Shown here in pieces: positions 48,952 to 60,137 of a stretch of DNA of 64,000 bases. The first letter of the stretch is position 1. Each line of letters begins with the position of its first letter. The translations under genes were made by a program, and so were the position numbers. The notes under the pieces were generated by a model. The model was not told the origin of the DNA. It ran no database searches and saw only the letters and a list, made by a program, of their open reading frames with translations. Source of the DNA: an uncultured Gammaproteobacteria bacterium (GTDB lineage Bacteria > Pseudomonadota > Gammaproteobacteria > Steroidobacterales > Rariloculaceae); assembly GCA_963714705.1 (NCBI GenBank), contig CAVQPJ010000006.1, positions 109,845 through 173,844 of the forward strand, read 5' to 3'.

Positions 48952-50032
48952 ATGAAGCACGCCCGGCGACTGTCCGGCTTGGCTGTAGCCATCGCTGCGA
49001 GCCTGCTCAGCCCGCCGCTTTCGGCGCACCATTCGACGGCCGAGTACGACGCCGCGACGATCGTCGAAGGCCGCGGCGAGGTCGTCAGCGTCATCTGGCG
49101 CAACCCGCACGTCCGCTTCCAGGTCAGCACGAAGGCCGTCGACGGCAACGAGCAGCTCTGGGACATCGAGAGCGCGGACCTGACGCGGCTCGACCGCGCG
49201 GGGCTGCCGCGCGACTTGCTCAAGGTCGGCGACACGGTCTCGTTCGCCGGGAATCCGTCGACGCGCACGGCGCGGCGCATGTACGTGACGAACCTCTTGG
49301 TCTCCGACGGCCGCGAGATCCTGCTGCGCGGTAACGTGCCGCCGCGCTGGCCCTCGAGCAGCGCCGTCAGCACCGAGGTGAATTTCGCAGCGCGCGACTG
49401 CAGCGGCTCCGGCCGCCGGCGGCAGCTTCTTCGGCAAGGTGCTCGTCCCGACCCGCGAAGGCCGCGCACCCGCATGGGTTCGCGAGCCGCCGCTGACGCC
49501 GGCCGCACGAGCGGGCAAAGCCGCCTACGACGAGGTCGTCGACGACCCGGTCCTCGGTTGCGTGTCGCCCGGCATGCCGCGCGTGATGTGGCGCAGCGGA
49601 CCGTACGCGGTCCGCTTCCTGGAACGCGGCGCGGACCTCGTGCTGCAAAACGAATGGTTCGAGATCGACCGCCTCATCCACATGGACGGCCGCGAGCCGC
49701 CGGCCGAACAGGCGTACACGCCGCTGGGCTACTCTGCGGGCACGTGGGACGGCGACGCGCTCGTCGTCACGACGACGCACATCGACTGGCCATACTTCGA
49801 GCTCTACGGACTCGTCGGCGTGCCGCAAACCCGCGCGCTGCGCATCGTCGAGCGCTTCACGCCGCGCGACGGCGGCGCGACGGTGCAGTACGACTTCACG
49901 GCGACCGACCCCGGCGCGTTCACCGAGCCCGTGACGTACGAGAATTACGTGACGTTCCGCTGGCAGCCGTCGCTCGAGTTCCTGCCGTACGACTGCGTCG
50001 AGGACGAGCGGCGCGCGCGCAACGCACGTTGA
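48952..50032 (+). CDS. DUF6152 domain fused to a 'GTWDGDALVV' domain, frameshift near 49390
   Basis: LSA-HHSTAEYD...WRNPH, then DDPVLGCVSPGMPR, GYSAGTWDGDALVVTT, VERFT, DPGAFTEP, PYDC. Confidence 0.78.
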
Positions 50033-50073
50033 TTCCTATGCGACCTTCCAGGCAGTAGCGCACCATCGCGGTG

Positions 50074-50127
50074 CGAAATCCCTCACGTGAGGGGGCCTCG
50101 AAATCACTTTAGGTACGTTCAGCTTCG
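50074..50127. repeat. 54-bp dispersed repeat, copy 2
   Basis: 52/54 identical to 30741-30794, same orientation. Confidence 0.95.
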
Positions 50128-50214
50128 AAAAGGGGACGGATTTATTTAACGCTGCGCAGCGCTCATCAACGTAGTCCTTTGTCATCAGCGTTAAATAAAT
50201 CCGTCCCCTTTTCG
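50126..50214. repeat. REP-like perfect 29-bp inverted repeat
   Basis: CGAAAAGGGGACGGATTTATTTAACGCTG (50126-50154) and its complement (50186-50214); same core as 35690-35747. Confidence 0.92.
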
Positions 50215-50215
50215 C

Positions 50216-51064
50216 TCAACGGTCGCCGGCGGCCGCCTGAGTGTCGACGGGCACCTTCATCGTGCGGCCGATGAACTCGAGCGCGGTGTCGAAGCCGCCG
50301 TTGTCGAAGATGTCGCCGTGGCCAAGCCCGCGCGGCCAGAACCCTTCCTTTGGAAGGTTCGCTGCATCGAATAGCTGCCGCCCGAAGTGCTGGGGAATCA
50401 CGGAGTCGCGATCGCCGTGCATGACGAGCAGCGGCTCCGTGATCGCGCCGATACGCGCCAAAGACTCGAAGCGGTCCTCCATGAGCAATCCAACGGGGAC
50501 GATCGGGAAGCGCCACGCGGCAACGTCGACCGTCGACGTGTACGGTGACTCGAGCACGACGGCCGCAAACTCTCGCTCCGCCGCCATCTTCGTCGCGACG
50601 CCGGTACCGAGCGAGATCCCGTACAGCACGATCGACGTGCTCGCGACCCCGTTTTGTTCCAGCCAATCGAGCGCCGCGCGCGCGTCGGCGTAGAGACCCT
50701 CCTCGTTCGGCACGCCTGTGTTTCCTGAATAACCGCGATAGGCGAGCAGCAGCACACCCATCTCTGCGTCCTTGAAACGCTTCAAGCGATAGCGCTCGCC
50801 GCGCAGCGAGCCACCGTTGCCGTGGAACATGACGACCGTCGGCCGACTCGACGGCGCGGGCGCGTACCACGCCACGAGCTTTAGGCCGTCGGCTGTCGTG
50901 AACGACACTTCCTGTACGCCGGCAAGCATCTCGTAGAACGAAGGCGCAACGCGCGGCGCTCCGTCCGGGAAGTACATGAGGTCGCGTTGGAACGCCCAGA
51001 GCACCGTGATGCCAGCCGCGTACAGAGCGACCGCCGCGATCAGTGCAATTTTCAGATGCCGCAT
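50216..51064 (-). CDS. Alpha/beta hydrolase (ABHD13/17, BEM46-like)
   Basis: FHGNGG, YRGYSG, GISLG, HGDRDSVIP, GH. Confidence 0.9.
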   Translation of the reverse strand: MRHLKIALIAAVALYAAGITVLWAFQRDLMYFPDGAPRVAPSFYEMLAGVQEVSFTTADGLKLVAWYAPAPSSRPTVVMFHGNGGSLRGERYRLKRFKDAEMGVLLLAYRGYSGNTGVPNEEGLYADARAALDWLEQNGVASTSIVLYGISLGTGVATKMAAEREFAAVVLESPYTSTVDVAAWRFPIVPVGLLMEDRFESLARIGAITEPLLVMHGDRDSVIPQHFGRQLFDAANLPKEGFWPRGLGHGDIFDNGGFDTALEFIGRTMKVPVDTQAAAGDR

Positions 51065-51184
51065 ACGCTCTCCGCTTCGCGAATTCCTTTCGCGAACGCA
51101 GAGCATTGTCGCCGAACAATGTGGCGGCGGGGCCGTCGAATTCTGACGAAATCTGCCGCGCGCTCGGGCTGGCTCAGCAGCGTC

Positions 51185-51262
51185 CTAGACGAACACTCCG
51201 GCCGGGACGATCAACAGCAAAGCAGCGAACGAGCTCACGCGAATGATGCGGTGCAGGGTCAT
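51185..51262 (-). pseudogene. Orphan signal-peptide-like mini-ORF, possible gene remnant
   Basis: GGAAGG SD then MTLHRIIRVSSFAALLLIVPAGVFV*; stop falls where a mature protein would begin. Confidence 0.3.
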
Positions 51263-51329
51263 GGGCCTTCCCTTCGTATTCTTATTACCCATCGACTGCT
51301 CGCACTTGCGCGGCGAGCTTGCGCCCATA

Positions 51330-51977
51330 CTACCGCTGGCGGTCGAGCGGCGGCAACAGGGCCGGCCGCGACGGCGGCTGCTGCTGGTTCACGGCGTTCA
51401 ACATGATGCCGACGCGCAGGTAGTCCCCCATGATTCCGAGGAGGTCGATCGTGTGCTGGCGCCCGAAGAGCCGCACCATGTCGGCCCAGACCTCGCTGCT
51501 GACCTTGTTGTCGCGCAGCAGGGTGCGGCCGAAGGTGATCAGCGTCGCGTCCTTTTCAGCCAGCCCGGTCACGGGGCGATCATGCTTGACGACGTCGATG
51601 ACCGACTGCTCGAGCCCCTGCCGTAGGCCCGCCGGCTCGTGGGCAGACCACTCGAACTGCTGGTCGATCTCGCGGGCGGCGATCAGCACGGCGAGTTGAA
51701 AGAAGCGCGGCCCTACGGGGCTGTTCTCGCCCGTCGGGACGCCGAGGCTCCGCTCGCGCGGGATGTACACCGTGACATGCGTCGGCCCCGGCCCGGCCGT
51801 GAAGTTTTGGCGCTCGTTGAATAGGCGCCGCGCCTCGTCGTCAAGGTCCTCCGGCGTCACGGGCGGCAGCCGCGACAGCGTGACGGGGTGAATGTCGGCC
51901 GGCAGCGGCGCCTGACTCTGGGCTTGCACGGCCAACGGCACGCCTACGACCAACAGCGCCAACGATCGAATCCGCAT
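51330..51977 (-). CDS. Secreted carboxymuconolactone-decarboxylase-like protein (single domain)
   Basis: Signal peptide; SRLP, LIAAREIDQQFEWSAHE, GLEQSVIDVV; paralog of 17696-19042. Confidence 0.8.
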   Translation of the reverse strand: MRIRSLALLVVGVPLAVQAQSQAPLPADIHPVTLSRLPPVTPEDLDDEARRLFNERQNFTAGPGPTHVTVYIPRERSLGVPTGENSPVGPRFFQLAVLIAAREIDQQFEWSAHEPAGLRQGLEQSVIDVVKHDRPVTGLAEKDATLITFGRTLLRDNKVSSEVWADMVRLFGRQHTIDLLGIMGDYLRVGIMLNAVNQQQPPSRPALLPPLDRQR

Positions 51978-52146
51978 GAGCCTTCCCCCCGCCATGGCGA
52001 CAGCGTCGTCGCCTCGGGAATCTATACCTCGCCGGCCGGGCTGTCACGAATGCCGCGCGCCCGGAGATTTCTTTTCCGCCCTTGCGGCCGCAGCGACGCC
52101 TGGGCGACGATCGTAGCTACACCGAGTCGTTTGGGGAGACGGCATC

Positions 52147-53064
52147 ATGTCCAAGACAGCCATGGTTTGCGCGGCAACAGCGCTGATTGCGCTCGCGAGC
52201 GCCTCGTTCGCACAACCGGCGGGCATCACGCCGGAGATGATCAACACGACTCTGCCCGTCGAAGGTGCGCCGCTCGCGGTGCCGGGCCCCTATCAAACCG
52301 CCTCGGGACCGGCGTTCGGCTCGCCGGGGCTCATGGTCTTTCACCCGGCCAGCCTCGACGCGTTCCCGTCGCGCGACACGCTGCCCGTGCTCGTCTGGGG
52401 CAACGGCGGCTGCGGGATCGACACCACGCGCTACAGCGCCTTCCTGTCGACCATCGCATCGCACGGCTTCCTCATTCTCGGCACGGCCGCGCAAGAAGGC
52501 GCGCCGCGCCGCCAGGCGACGGCCGACGATATGAAAGCGGCCGTCGATTGGGCGTTCGCCGAGAACGGCCGCGACGGCTCGCCGCTGCGCGGCAAGATCG
52601 ACACGGACCACGTCGCGGTGATGGGCCAATCCTGCGGCGGCTTCCTGTCGCTCAGTCTCGGCGCCGATCCGCGCGTCGACACGATCGGCATGTTCAACTC
52701 GGGCGTGCAACCCCCGAATCCAAACGCACCGGCAGGGCGTTTCCCGAGCACGGACGCAATCAAGGACCTTCACGGGCCGGTGCTCTTGATCAACGGTGCC
52801 GAGCGCGATTTCCTCACACCGGCGTCGCACGCGACGTACGAAGCGATCACGCACGTGCCCGCGTTCTACGGCGCGCGCGCGGGCGCGGGCCATACGGCGA
52901 CGGTGTTCCATCCCGGCGGCGGCGAGTACGCGAACGTCGCGTCGAATTGGCTGCGCTGGACGTTCAAGAAGAACGCCGACGCCGCCAAGATGTTCGTCGG
53001 CGACGACTGCTCGCTGTGCACACTGCCGACCTGGGAAGTGGAGTCGAAGGGCTTCGCCAAATAA
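52147..53064 (+). CDS. Secreted alpha/beta hydrolase
   Basis: Signal peptide; WGNGGC, IASHGF, GQSCGG nucleophile elbow, candidate Asp (ERD) and His (GH). Confidence 0.85.
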   Translation: MSKTAMVCAATALIALASASFAQPAGITPEMINTTLPVEGAPLAVPGPYQTASGPAFGSPGLMVFHPASLDAFPSRDTLPVLVWGNGGCGIDTTRYSAFLSTIASHGFLILGTAAQEGAPRRQATADDMKAAVDWAFAENGRDGSPLRGKIDTDHVAVMGQSCGGFLSLSLGADPRVDTIGMFNSGVQPPNPNAPAGRFPSTDAIKDLHGPVLLINGAERDFLTPASHATYEAITHVPAFYGARAGAGHTATVFHPGGGEYANVASNWLRWTFKKNADAAKMFVGDDCSLCTLPTWEVESKGFAK

Positions 53065-53081
53065 CGGCGGAGCTCGGCTCG

Positions 53082-53291
53082 TTACTTGCGCGCGCCGAGC
53101 CGCGCGAGCATCTGCGACAAGTCCTCCGGGCTCAAGTAGAAGTGCTCGCAGACGCGGCCCCAGAGCATCGCGGTCGGAACGTCGCGGCCGCCGCGCTCCT
53201 TCTGCGTCTCATGTAGCACGTACAAGACGACGCGCTCCTCGCGCGTGAGGCCGTCGCGGACGTCGGGCAGCACTTCCTCTGGAACCTTCAA
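53082..53291 (-). CDS. Small protein resembling the N-terminal winged-helix segment of GyrA/ParC
   Basis: LPDVRDGLTREERVVLYVL versus GyrA LPDVRDGLKPVHRRVLYAM; 69 aa. Confidence 0.7.
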   Translation of the reverse strand: MKVPEEVLPDVRDGLTREERVVLYVLHETQKERGGRDVPTAMLWGRVCEHFYLSPEDLSQMLARLGARK

Positions 53292-53303
53292 CGGAGCACG
53301 CGC

Positions 53304-53795
<492 letters not shown>

Positions 53796-53819
53796 CTACT
53801 TCAAGCGTCGGGGGTCACG

Positions 53820-54908
53820 ATGAAATCAGCACTCGCTCTCGCCGTCCTCGTCGGCTGCATGGCAGCCGCCGCCTCTGCACAAAGCCCTTCGTCCGCGTTC
53901 AACCGCGGCAACAGCCAGCAAGCCTGGCAGAGCCCGGGCCTCGCCGCCGTGACCGCGCGCTGCGCGACCCCGCCGCCGGTATTCCGGATCGGCGGCGGCC
54001 AGCCTTCGCCGGCCGACTTGCAGCCGCCGCCGGATCCGCCCGCTCCGCCGCCGTCCACCGCGATCCCCGGCGTCATCGCCGCGGGCCAGACGTGGAAGGT
54101 CGTTTGGCACTGGGAAGGCAACAACGCCGACGGCCCGATCGCGGGCGACGACGGCAAGATGCTGTTCGCGAACAACGACGCGAGCAACGTCATGGAAGTC
54201 GATCCGGCGACGGGCCTCGCGAGAATCGTCCATGACGACGTCAACACGGGCGGCGCGGTCTCGCGCAGCAAGAACGGCGCCCTCTTCGTCCTTTCGAGAG
54301 GCCTGGGCGGCGGCATCTTCCAGCTCGAGCCGCAGCGCAAGGCGCTCGCGAGCTCGTTCAACGGCGAGCCGTTCGAGTGCATCGGCGGCGTGCCGAACGA
54401 CATCAGCGCCGACGCGCGCGGCGGCGTCTATTTCACGGTGACGGGTGTAGGCGTGTACTACGCAAATCCGCAGGGCGTCGTCTCGCGCTACGGCGGGTCG
54501 ATCCCAGGAGCGAACGGCGTGGTCCTGAGCCCCGACGAGCGCACGCTCTACGTCTCGAGCGGCCCCTTCGTGGGCGCGTTCGACGTGCAGGCCGACGGCT
54601 CGCTGACGAACCCGCGCGGCGAGTGGGCGCGGCTACGCGGCGGCGAAGGCGGCGACGGCGCAGCCGTCGACTCCGAAGGGCGCCTCTACGTCAGCACGGG
54701 CCGCTCGATCGACGTGTTCTCGCCGGCCGGCGAGTTCTTGGGATCGATCGCGGCGCCGCAAGGGACGCACGGCACGGCATTCGGCGGCCGCGACAAGAAG
54801 ACGCTTTTCGGCATCGTGTTCTACGGCGGCTGGGGCACGCCGAGCGCGCGCAACCGCCTCGTCGCGATCCCGACGATCGCGCAGGGCTATACGGGCCGCG
54901 CGAAGTAG
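53820..54908 (+). CDS. Secreted SMP-30/gluconolactonase/LRE-family beta-propeller
   Basis: PNDI...GGVYFT, ANGVVLSPDERTLYV, DGAAVDSEGRLYV, AFGG.DKKTLF. Confidence 0.9.
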   Translation: MKSALALAVLVGCMAAAASAQSPSSAFNRGNSQQAWQSPGLAAVTARCATPPPVFRIGGGQPSPADLQPPPDPPAPPPSTAIPGVIAAGQTWKVVWHWEGNNADGPIAGDDGKMLFANNDASNVMEVDPATGLARIVHDDVNTGGAVSRSKNGALFVLSRGLGGGIFQLEPQRKALASSFNGEPFECIGGVPNDISADARGGVYFTVTGVGVYYANPQGVVSRYGGSIPGANGVVLSPDERTLYVSSGPFVGAFDVQADGSLTNPRGEWARLRGGEGGDGAAVDSEGRLYVSTGRSIDVFSPAGEFLGSIAAPQGTHGTAFGGRDKKTLFGIVFYGGWGTPSARNRLVAIPTIAQGYTGRAK

Positions 54909-54971
54909 AAAAAAACTCGGCGGCCATTGGCCGCCGATTGGAAAGAGGGGACGGACTTGAAGTCCGTCCCC
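54909..54971. terminator. Two hairpins between convergent genes; the first is a likely intrinsic terminator for the minus-strand gene
   Basis: A-run 54909-54915 next to TCGGCGGCCA-T-TGGCCGCCGA (54917-54937); GGGGACGGACT-TGA-AGTCCGTCCCC (54947-54971). Confidence 0.7.
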
Positions 54972-54985
54972 ATGCCACGCGGGCT

Positions 54986-56483
54986 CTATCGAGCGTTCAT
55001 CGCCGCCGTGACGTCCGCCTTCGTCTGCGGAGCCGCGGAAGCATGCACGTTGATGTAGCGGTTGTAGTCCAACCCAAGCTTCGCGAGCGCCGGCACGAGC
55101 GCGCGCACGTGGTCGTTCGCGGGTTGCATACCCGCGCCGCCCTGGACCGGATTCACCGAGAAATCGCCCTGGAATACGATCTTCTGCTGCGGCAGATACG
55201 CGATGAGCAGGGCGTTCGAATGCGGCGCCGGGAAGATGTGATAGAACTCGACCGTGTGCGTGCCGTCCGTGTAGACGCGCTTGTCGGCGACCGTCTCGAC
55301 CTTCGCGCGCTTCGGAGCCTTGGCGAGCGTGTCATCGAGCAACGTGCGCGGCGTGTTCAGCGCACGCTCGAAGAACTCGGCCGCATTCTCCTGCGCGATG
55401 ATCGTCGCGCCTTCCGCGACGAGCACCGGTAGGCCGCCCGTGTGGTCGGAGTGCGGGTGCGTATTCATCACGTAACGGATCGGCTTGCCCGGGAACTGGC
55501 GCTTGATCTCGTCGACGTAGAGCTGCGCGCGCACCTGGCTCTGCCCAGCCTCGAGCATCATGATGTAGTTGTTGAACTCGATGACGAGCGAGTCGTAGCT
55601 GCCCCCACCCGTCGTGTACCGCCAGACACCCTGGCCGAGATCCTCCTTCGTGAGCGTCAGCGCCGGCGGCGCGCCGCCGGGGGGGCCACCACCACCGCCC
55701 GGAGGCGCACCGGCCGGCGGTGCCGGCGGCGGCGCCAGCGCCGCGAGGTTCTGCGGGTTGCCCGTCGCGTTCGTGACGTCAACCTCGAAGAACGGCCAAC
55801 CGCCCCGCGTCTGGACGATCTTCGTCGGCACGACGGCGGTGCCGAAGTTTCGGTAGCCCGAGTAGTCGGCGACGATGTGCATGTCGCCCATGATGTTCTC
55901 GCCGACCCACGTCTCCACGCGCTCGACGAGGTTCTCGCCGTTCACGTAGCCATTCACGACGTACGACGCACCCGAGGGCGCTTTGACGGACGGGCTCCAG
56001 GTCAGCACCGTGTAGTCCTTGCCGTCAACCTTACGGCGCGCTGCAGTCGCGTTGTTGTCCGCGGCGCCCTTCAAGAAGCCCCACGGCGTGATGTACAGCT
56101 CTAGCGCCTGACCCCAATTCGATGCCCGCCGCTTGCTGCGCCGTCACCTGCTGGAAGAACGTTCCCGGAGTGATCGTCGTCGAGCCGCCGGCACCGAGGT
56201 TCTGCGTCGCGCCCGTGTGGCGCGACGTCGGCGCCGCGAGGTCGATGACGCGGACGTAGCTCGTGATCGGCCGCATCGGATCGTGCGTGCCGTAGCAGAT
56301 CAGCGCGGCCGCGTTCGCTCCGCACTGCTGGAACGCGACGTCGCGGGCCGATCCCGAGTACGTGACGGATTGAACATTACCCAACGCGCGTTGCGCGTTG
56401 GTGATCGTAGTCCTCGCGTCCTGCGCCATCGCAGATCCGCATAGGAATGCCGCGCCGATGGCGGCGAGCGCCAGTTTCTTCAT
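54986..56483 (-). CDS. Secreted MBL-fold metallo-hydrolase, frameshifts near 56100-56125
   Basis: Signal peptide from ATG 56483; NTHPHSDHTGG, APHS, FQGD in the C-terminal frame. Confidence 0.82.
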
Positions 56484-56601
56484 GATTGTTCCCCCAGGTT
56501 CGAGTTATTGCTAGAGCACCATGCTCTTGGGCCCGATTCTACACGCGGCGCCGCCGCGGGCGCCTGTGCCCATATTTCTTGATGTCGCACCCGCGGCGGG
56601 C

Positions 56602-57618
<1,017 letters not shown>

Positions 57619-57665
57619 TCACGATACGACGAGCTAGCGACTCCGTCGAGCCAAGAACAACAACG

Positions 57666-59265
57666 ATGAGCCTGCTCACCACCGCCGACTGGCTCGTCAT
57701 CGCCGCCTATTTCGCGGTGCTCTACGCCGTCGTGTTCCGCCATAGCGCAGCGAACCGCGCGAACCCGACCGAGTTCTTCCTGGCCGGCCGCAACGCCGGC
57801 TGGTTCATCGTCGGCGCCTCGATCTTCGCGACGAACATCGGCTCCGAGCACCTCGTCGGGCTCGCCGGCAACGGCGCCTCAGGCGCGTTTCCGGCCGCGC
57901 AGTTCGAGCTGATCGCTGTCTTCGCGCTGCTGCTGCTCGGCTGGCTATTCGTCCCCTTCTATCTGCGCTCGGGCGTGTTCACGATGCCGGAGTTCCTCGA
58001 GGCGCGGTATTCGTCGGGCGTGCGCTTCTATCTCGCCGCGATCTCGATCGTCGGTTACGTGCTGACGAAGATCTCCGTGACGATCGCGGCCGGCGGCATC
58101 GTGTTCGAGGCGCTGATGGGCATCGACTTTTGGACGGGCGCCGTCATCGTCGTGCTCGCGACGGGCGTCTACACCGTGATCGGAGGCATGCGCGCAGTGC
58201 TCGTGTCCGACATGTTCCAGATGTTCGTCATGGTCGGCGGCGCCGTCGTCGTCACCGTCGTTGGCCTCGAAGCCGTCGGGCTGGGGCGAGCTGCGCGCGG
58301 CCGCGCCGCCGGAGTTCATGAGCCTGTGGCGCGCGACGTCGGACCCCGATTTCCCGTGGACCGGCATCTTGTTCGGCGCCCCGATTCTCGCCGTGTGGTA
58401 CTGGTGCACGGATCAATACATCGTGCAGCGGACGCTCGCGGCGAAGTCGATTGGCGAGGCGCGGCGCGCGACGTTCTTCGCGGCATCCTTGAAGCTGCTC
58501 CCGCTTTTCATTTTCGTCGTGCCGGGTGTCATAGCGTACGTGCTCGCGCAACGCGGCCAGCTCGCGCTCGCCGATCCCGATAGCGCGTTGCCGACGCTGA
58601 TCGGCTCGCTGTTGCCGGCGGGCCTGCGAGGCCTCGTCGTCGCGGGGCTGCTCGCCGCGCTCATGAGCTCGCTGTCGTCGGTGTTCAACTCGTGCGCGAC
58701 GCTCGTAACGATGGACGTCTACAAGCGCCTCGCGCCGCACCACTCCGAGCGCCGGCTCGTGCTAGTCGGTCAAGCCGCCACCGTCGTCATGGTGCTGTTC
58801 GGCCTCGCGTGGATCCCGCTGATGGACGTGATCTCCGGTCAGCTCTACGTCTATCTGCAAAGCGTGCAAGCCTACATCTCGCCGCCGATCGCGGCCGTGT
58901 TCCTGATCGGCGTGCTGTGGCCGCGCGCGAACGCGCGCGGCGCGCTGGCCGCTCTGTTGACGGGGCTCGTGCTGGGCTCGGCCAGGCTCGTCCTCGAGCT
59001 GAACCGCGAGTCGCTATCGGGCTGGGCGGAGCGGCTTGCGTCGATCAACTTCCTGCATTTCGCGATCCTGCTGTTCGTGCTCTGCGCCGCCGTGCTCGTG
59101 GTCGTCAGCCTCTTGACGCGGCCGCCCGACGCCGCCCGCGTCGAGCCGCTGACGATCCGGCGCTATCGCGACAGTGCCGAACCGCAACCGTCGCGCGCAG
59201 GGGATGTCGCGTTCAGCGCGGCCCTCGTCGCGCTCGTCGTGGCAGCCTGGATCTTCTTCTCCTGA
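57666..59265 (+). CDS. Sodium:solute symporter (SLC5/SGLT-like), frameshift near 58278
   Basis: FFLAGR, NIGSEHLVGLAG, TMPEFLEARY, WYWCTDQYIVQR, LAALMSS. Confidence 0.92.
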
Positions 59266-59757
59266 CTATTTTTGCGCGAGCACCACGAGCTCGCGGTAGT
59301 TGCCCTGCATCTCCCACGTGCCGGTGTAGCCGATCGGCAGCACGAGCGAATCGCCGGGCAGGTACTCGTGGCGCGTGCCGTTCGGCTCCGTGAGGATCAG
59401 CTTGCCGGAAAGCACGTAGACGAACTCGTCGACGTCGGTCGGCCGCGTGCGGTGGTCCGTCTTCGCCGGCGTCGATTCGAACATCGAGACGCGCAGCTCC
59501 TTGCCTTCGAACAGCGTTGCGACGCGCATGTTGAGCTCGCCGCCGACCAGGATCTCCTGGTACGCATCGGGGGGGATCGCCGTGAGATTCAGGCCTGCGA
59601 TCTTGTCGCGGTCGAGCCGCACGGGCGCCGGGCTGCCGCCCTGCGGAATGGCGCTGCCGACCCAGACGCTGGCCGCAATCGTCAACGCGCCGAGCCAATT
59701 CTTCGATTGTTTCATGACGGAGGAGAACCCCTGTTGGTTGGTTGTGAAAACGCTCAT
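59266..59757 (-). CDS. Secreted cupin (DUF861/EutQ-like)
   Basis: DEFVYVLSGKL, PGDSLVLP.GYTGTW; hydrophobic leader; start overlaps the STAS stop. Confidence 0.8.
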   Translation of the reverse strand: MSVFTTNQQGFSSVMKQSKNWLGALTIAASVWVGSAIPQGGSPAPVRLDRDKIAGLNLTAIPPDAYQEILVGGELNMRVATLFEGKELRVSMFESTPAKTDHRTRPTDVDEFVYVLSGKLILTEPNGTRHEYLPGDSLVLPIGYTGTWEMQGNYRELVVLAQK

Positions 59758-60122
59758 TGATCCCGCACTTGCTGCTGGATCGCGTCGAGATACTCGTCGA
59801 GCTCGGCCACGCTCGCGAAGATACCTTTGGCCGGTATCGCCTTCACGATGTCGAGCACTTTGCGCACGCCGGCTTGAGGATTCAAGATCGCAACCGTGCC
59901 GCCGCCGGGCTCGATGGCTTTCCGAGCGCGAACGAAGCAGCGAATCCCGGCGCTACTCACATAGGCGAGCCCGCTCAGGTCGAAGACGAGGCGCTTGATC
60001 CCCTTTTGCGCGAGCACTTTGTTCAACTCGCTATCGAGCTCCGGGGCCGTGTCCGTGTCGAGGCGACCCACGAGCTTCAGCGTCGGCGTTGGCGACTTCT
60101 CCACGACGATCTTTAGAGCCAT
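59754..60122 (-). CDS. STAS-domain anti-sigma-factor antagonist
   Basis: GRLDT.TA, DLSGLAYVSSAGIR containing the phosphoacceptor Ser. Confidence 0.92.
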   Translation of the reverse strand: MALKIVVEKSPTPTLKLVGRLDTDTAPELDSELNKVLAQKGIKRLVFDLSGLAYVSSAGIRCFVRARKAIEPGGGTVAILNPQAGVRKVLDIVKAIPAKGIFASVAELDEYLDAIQQQVRDQ

Positions 60123-60137
60123 GCAGCGTACTCCCGG

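Noticed and set aside
50024..50045. CGTTGATTCCTATGC as an ISCR/IS91 oriIS-like end
   Set aside because: Short and degenerate, overlaps a gene stop, and no transposase is adjacent
52147..53064. PETase or cutinase assignment for the secreted hydrolase
   Set aside because: Elbow is GQSCGG, not GHSMGG/GWSMGG; substrate cannot be inferred by eye
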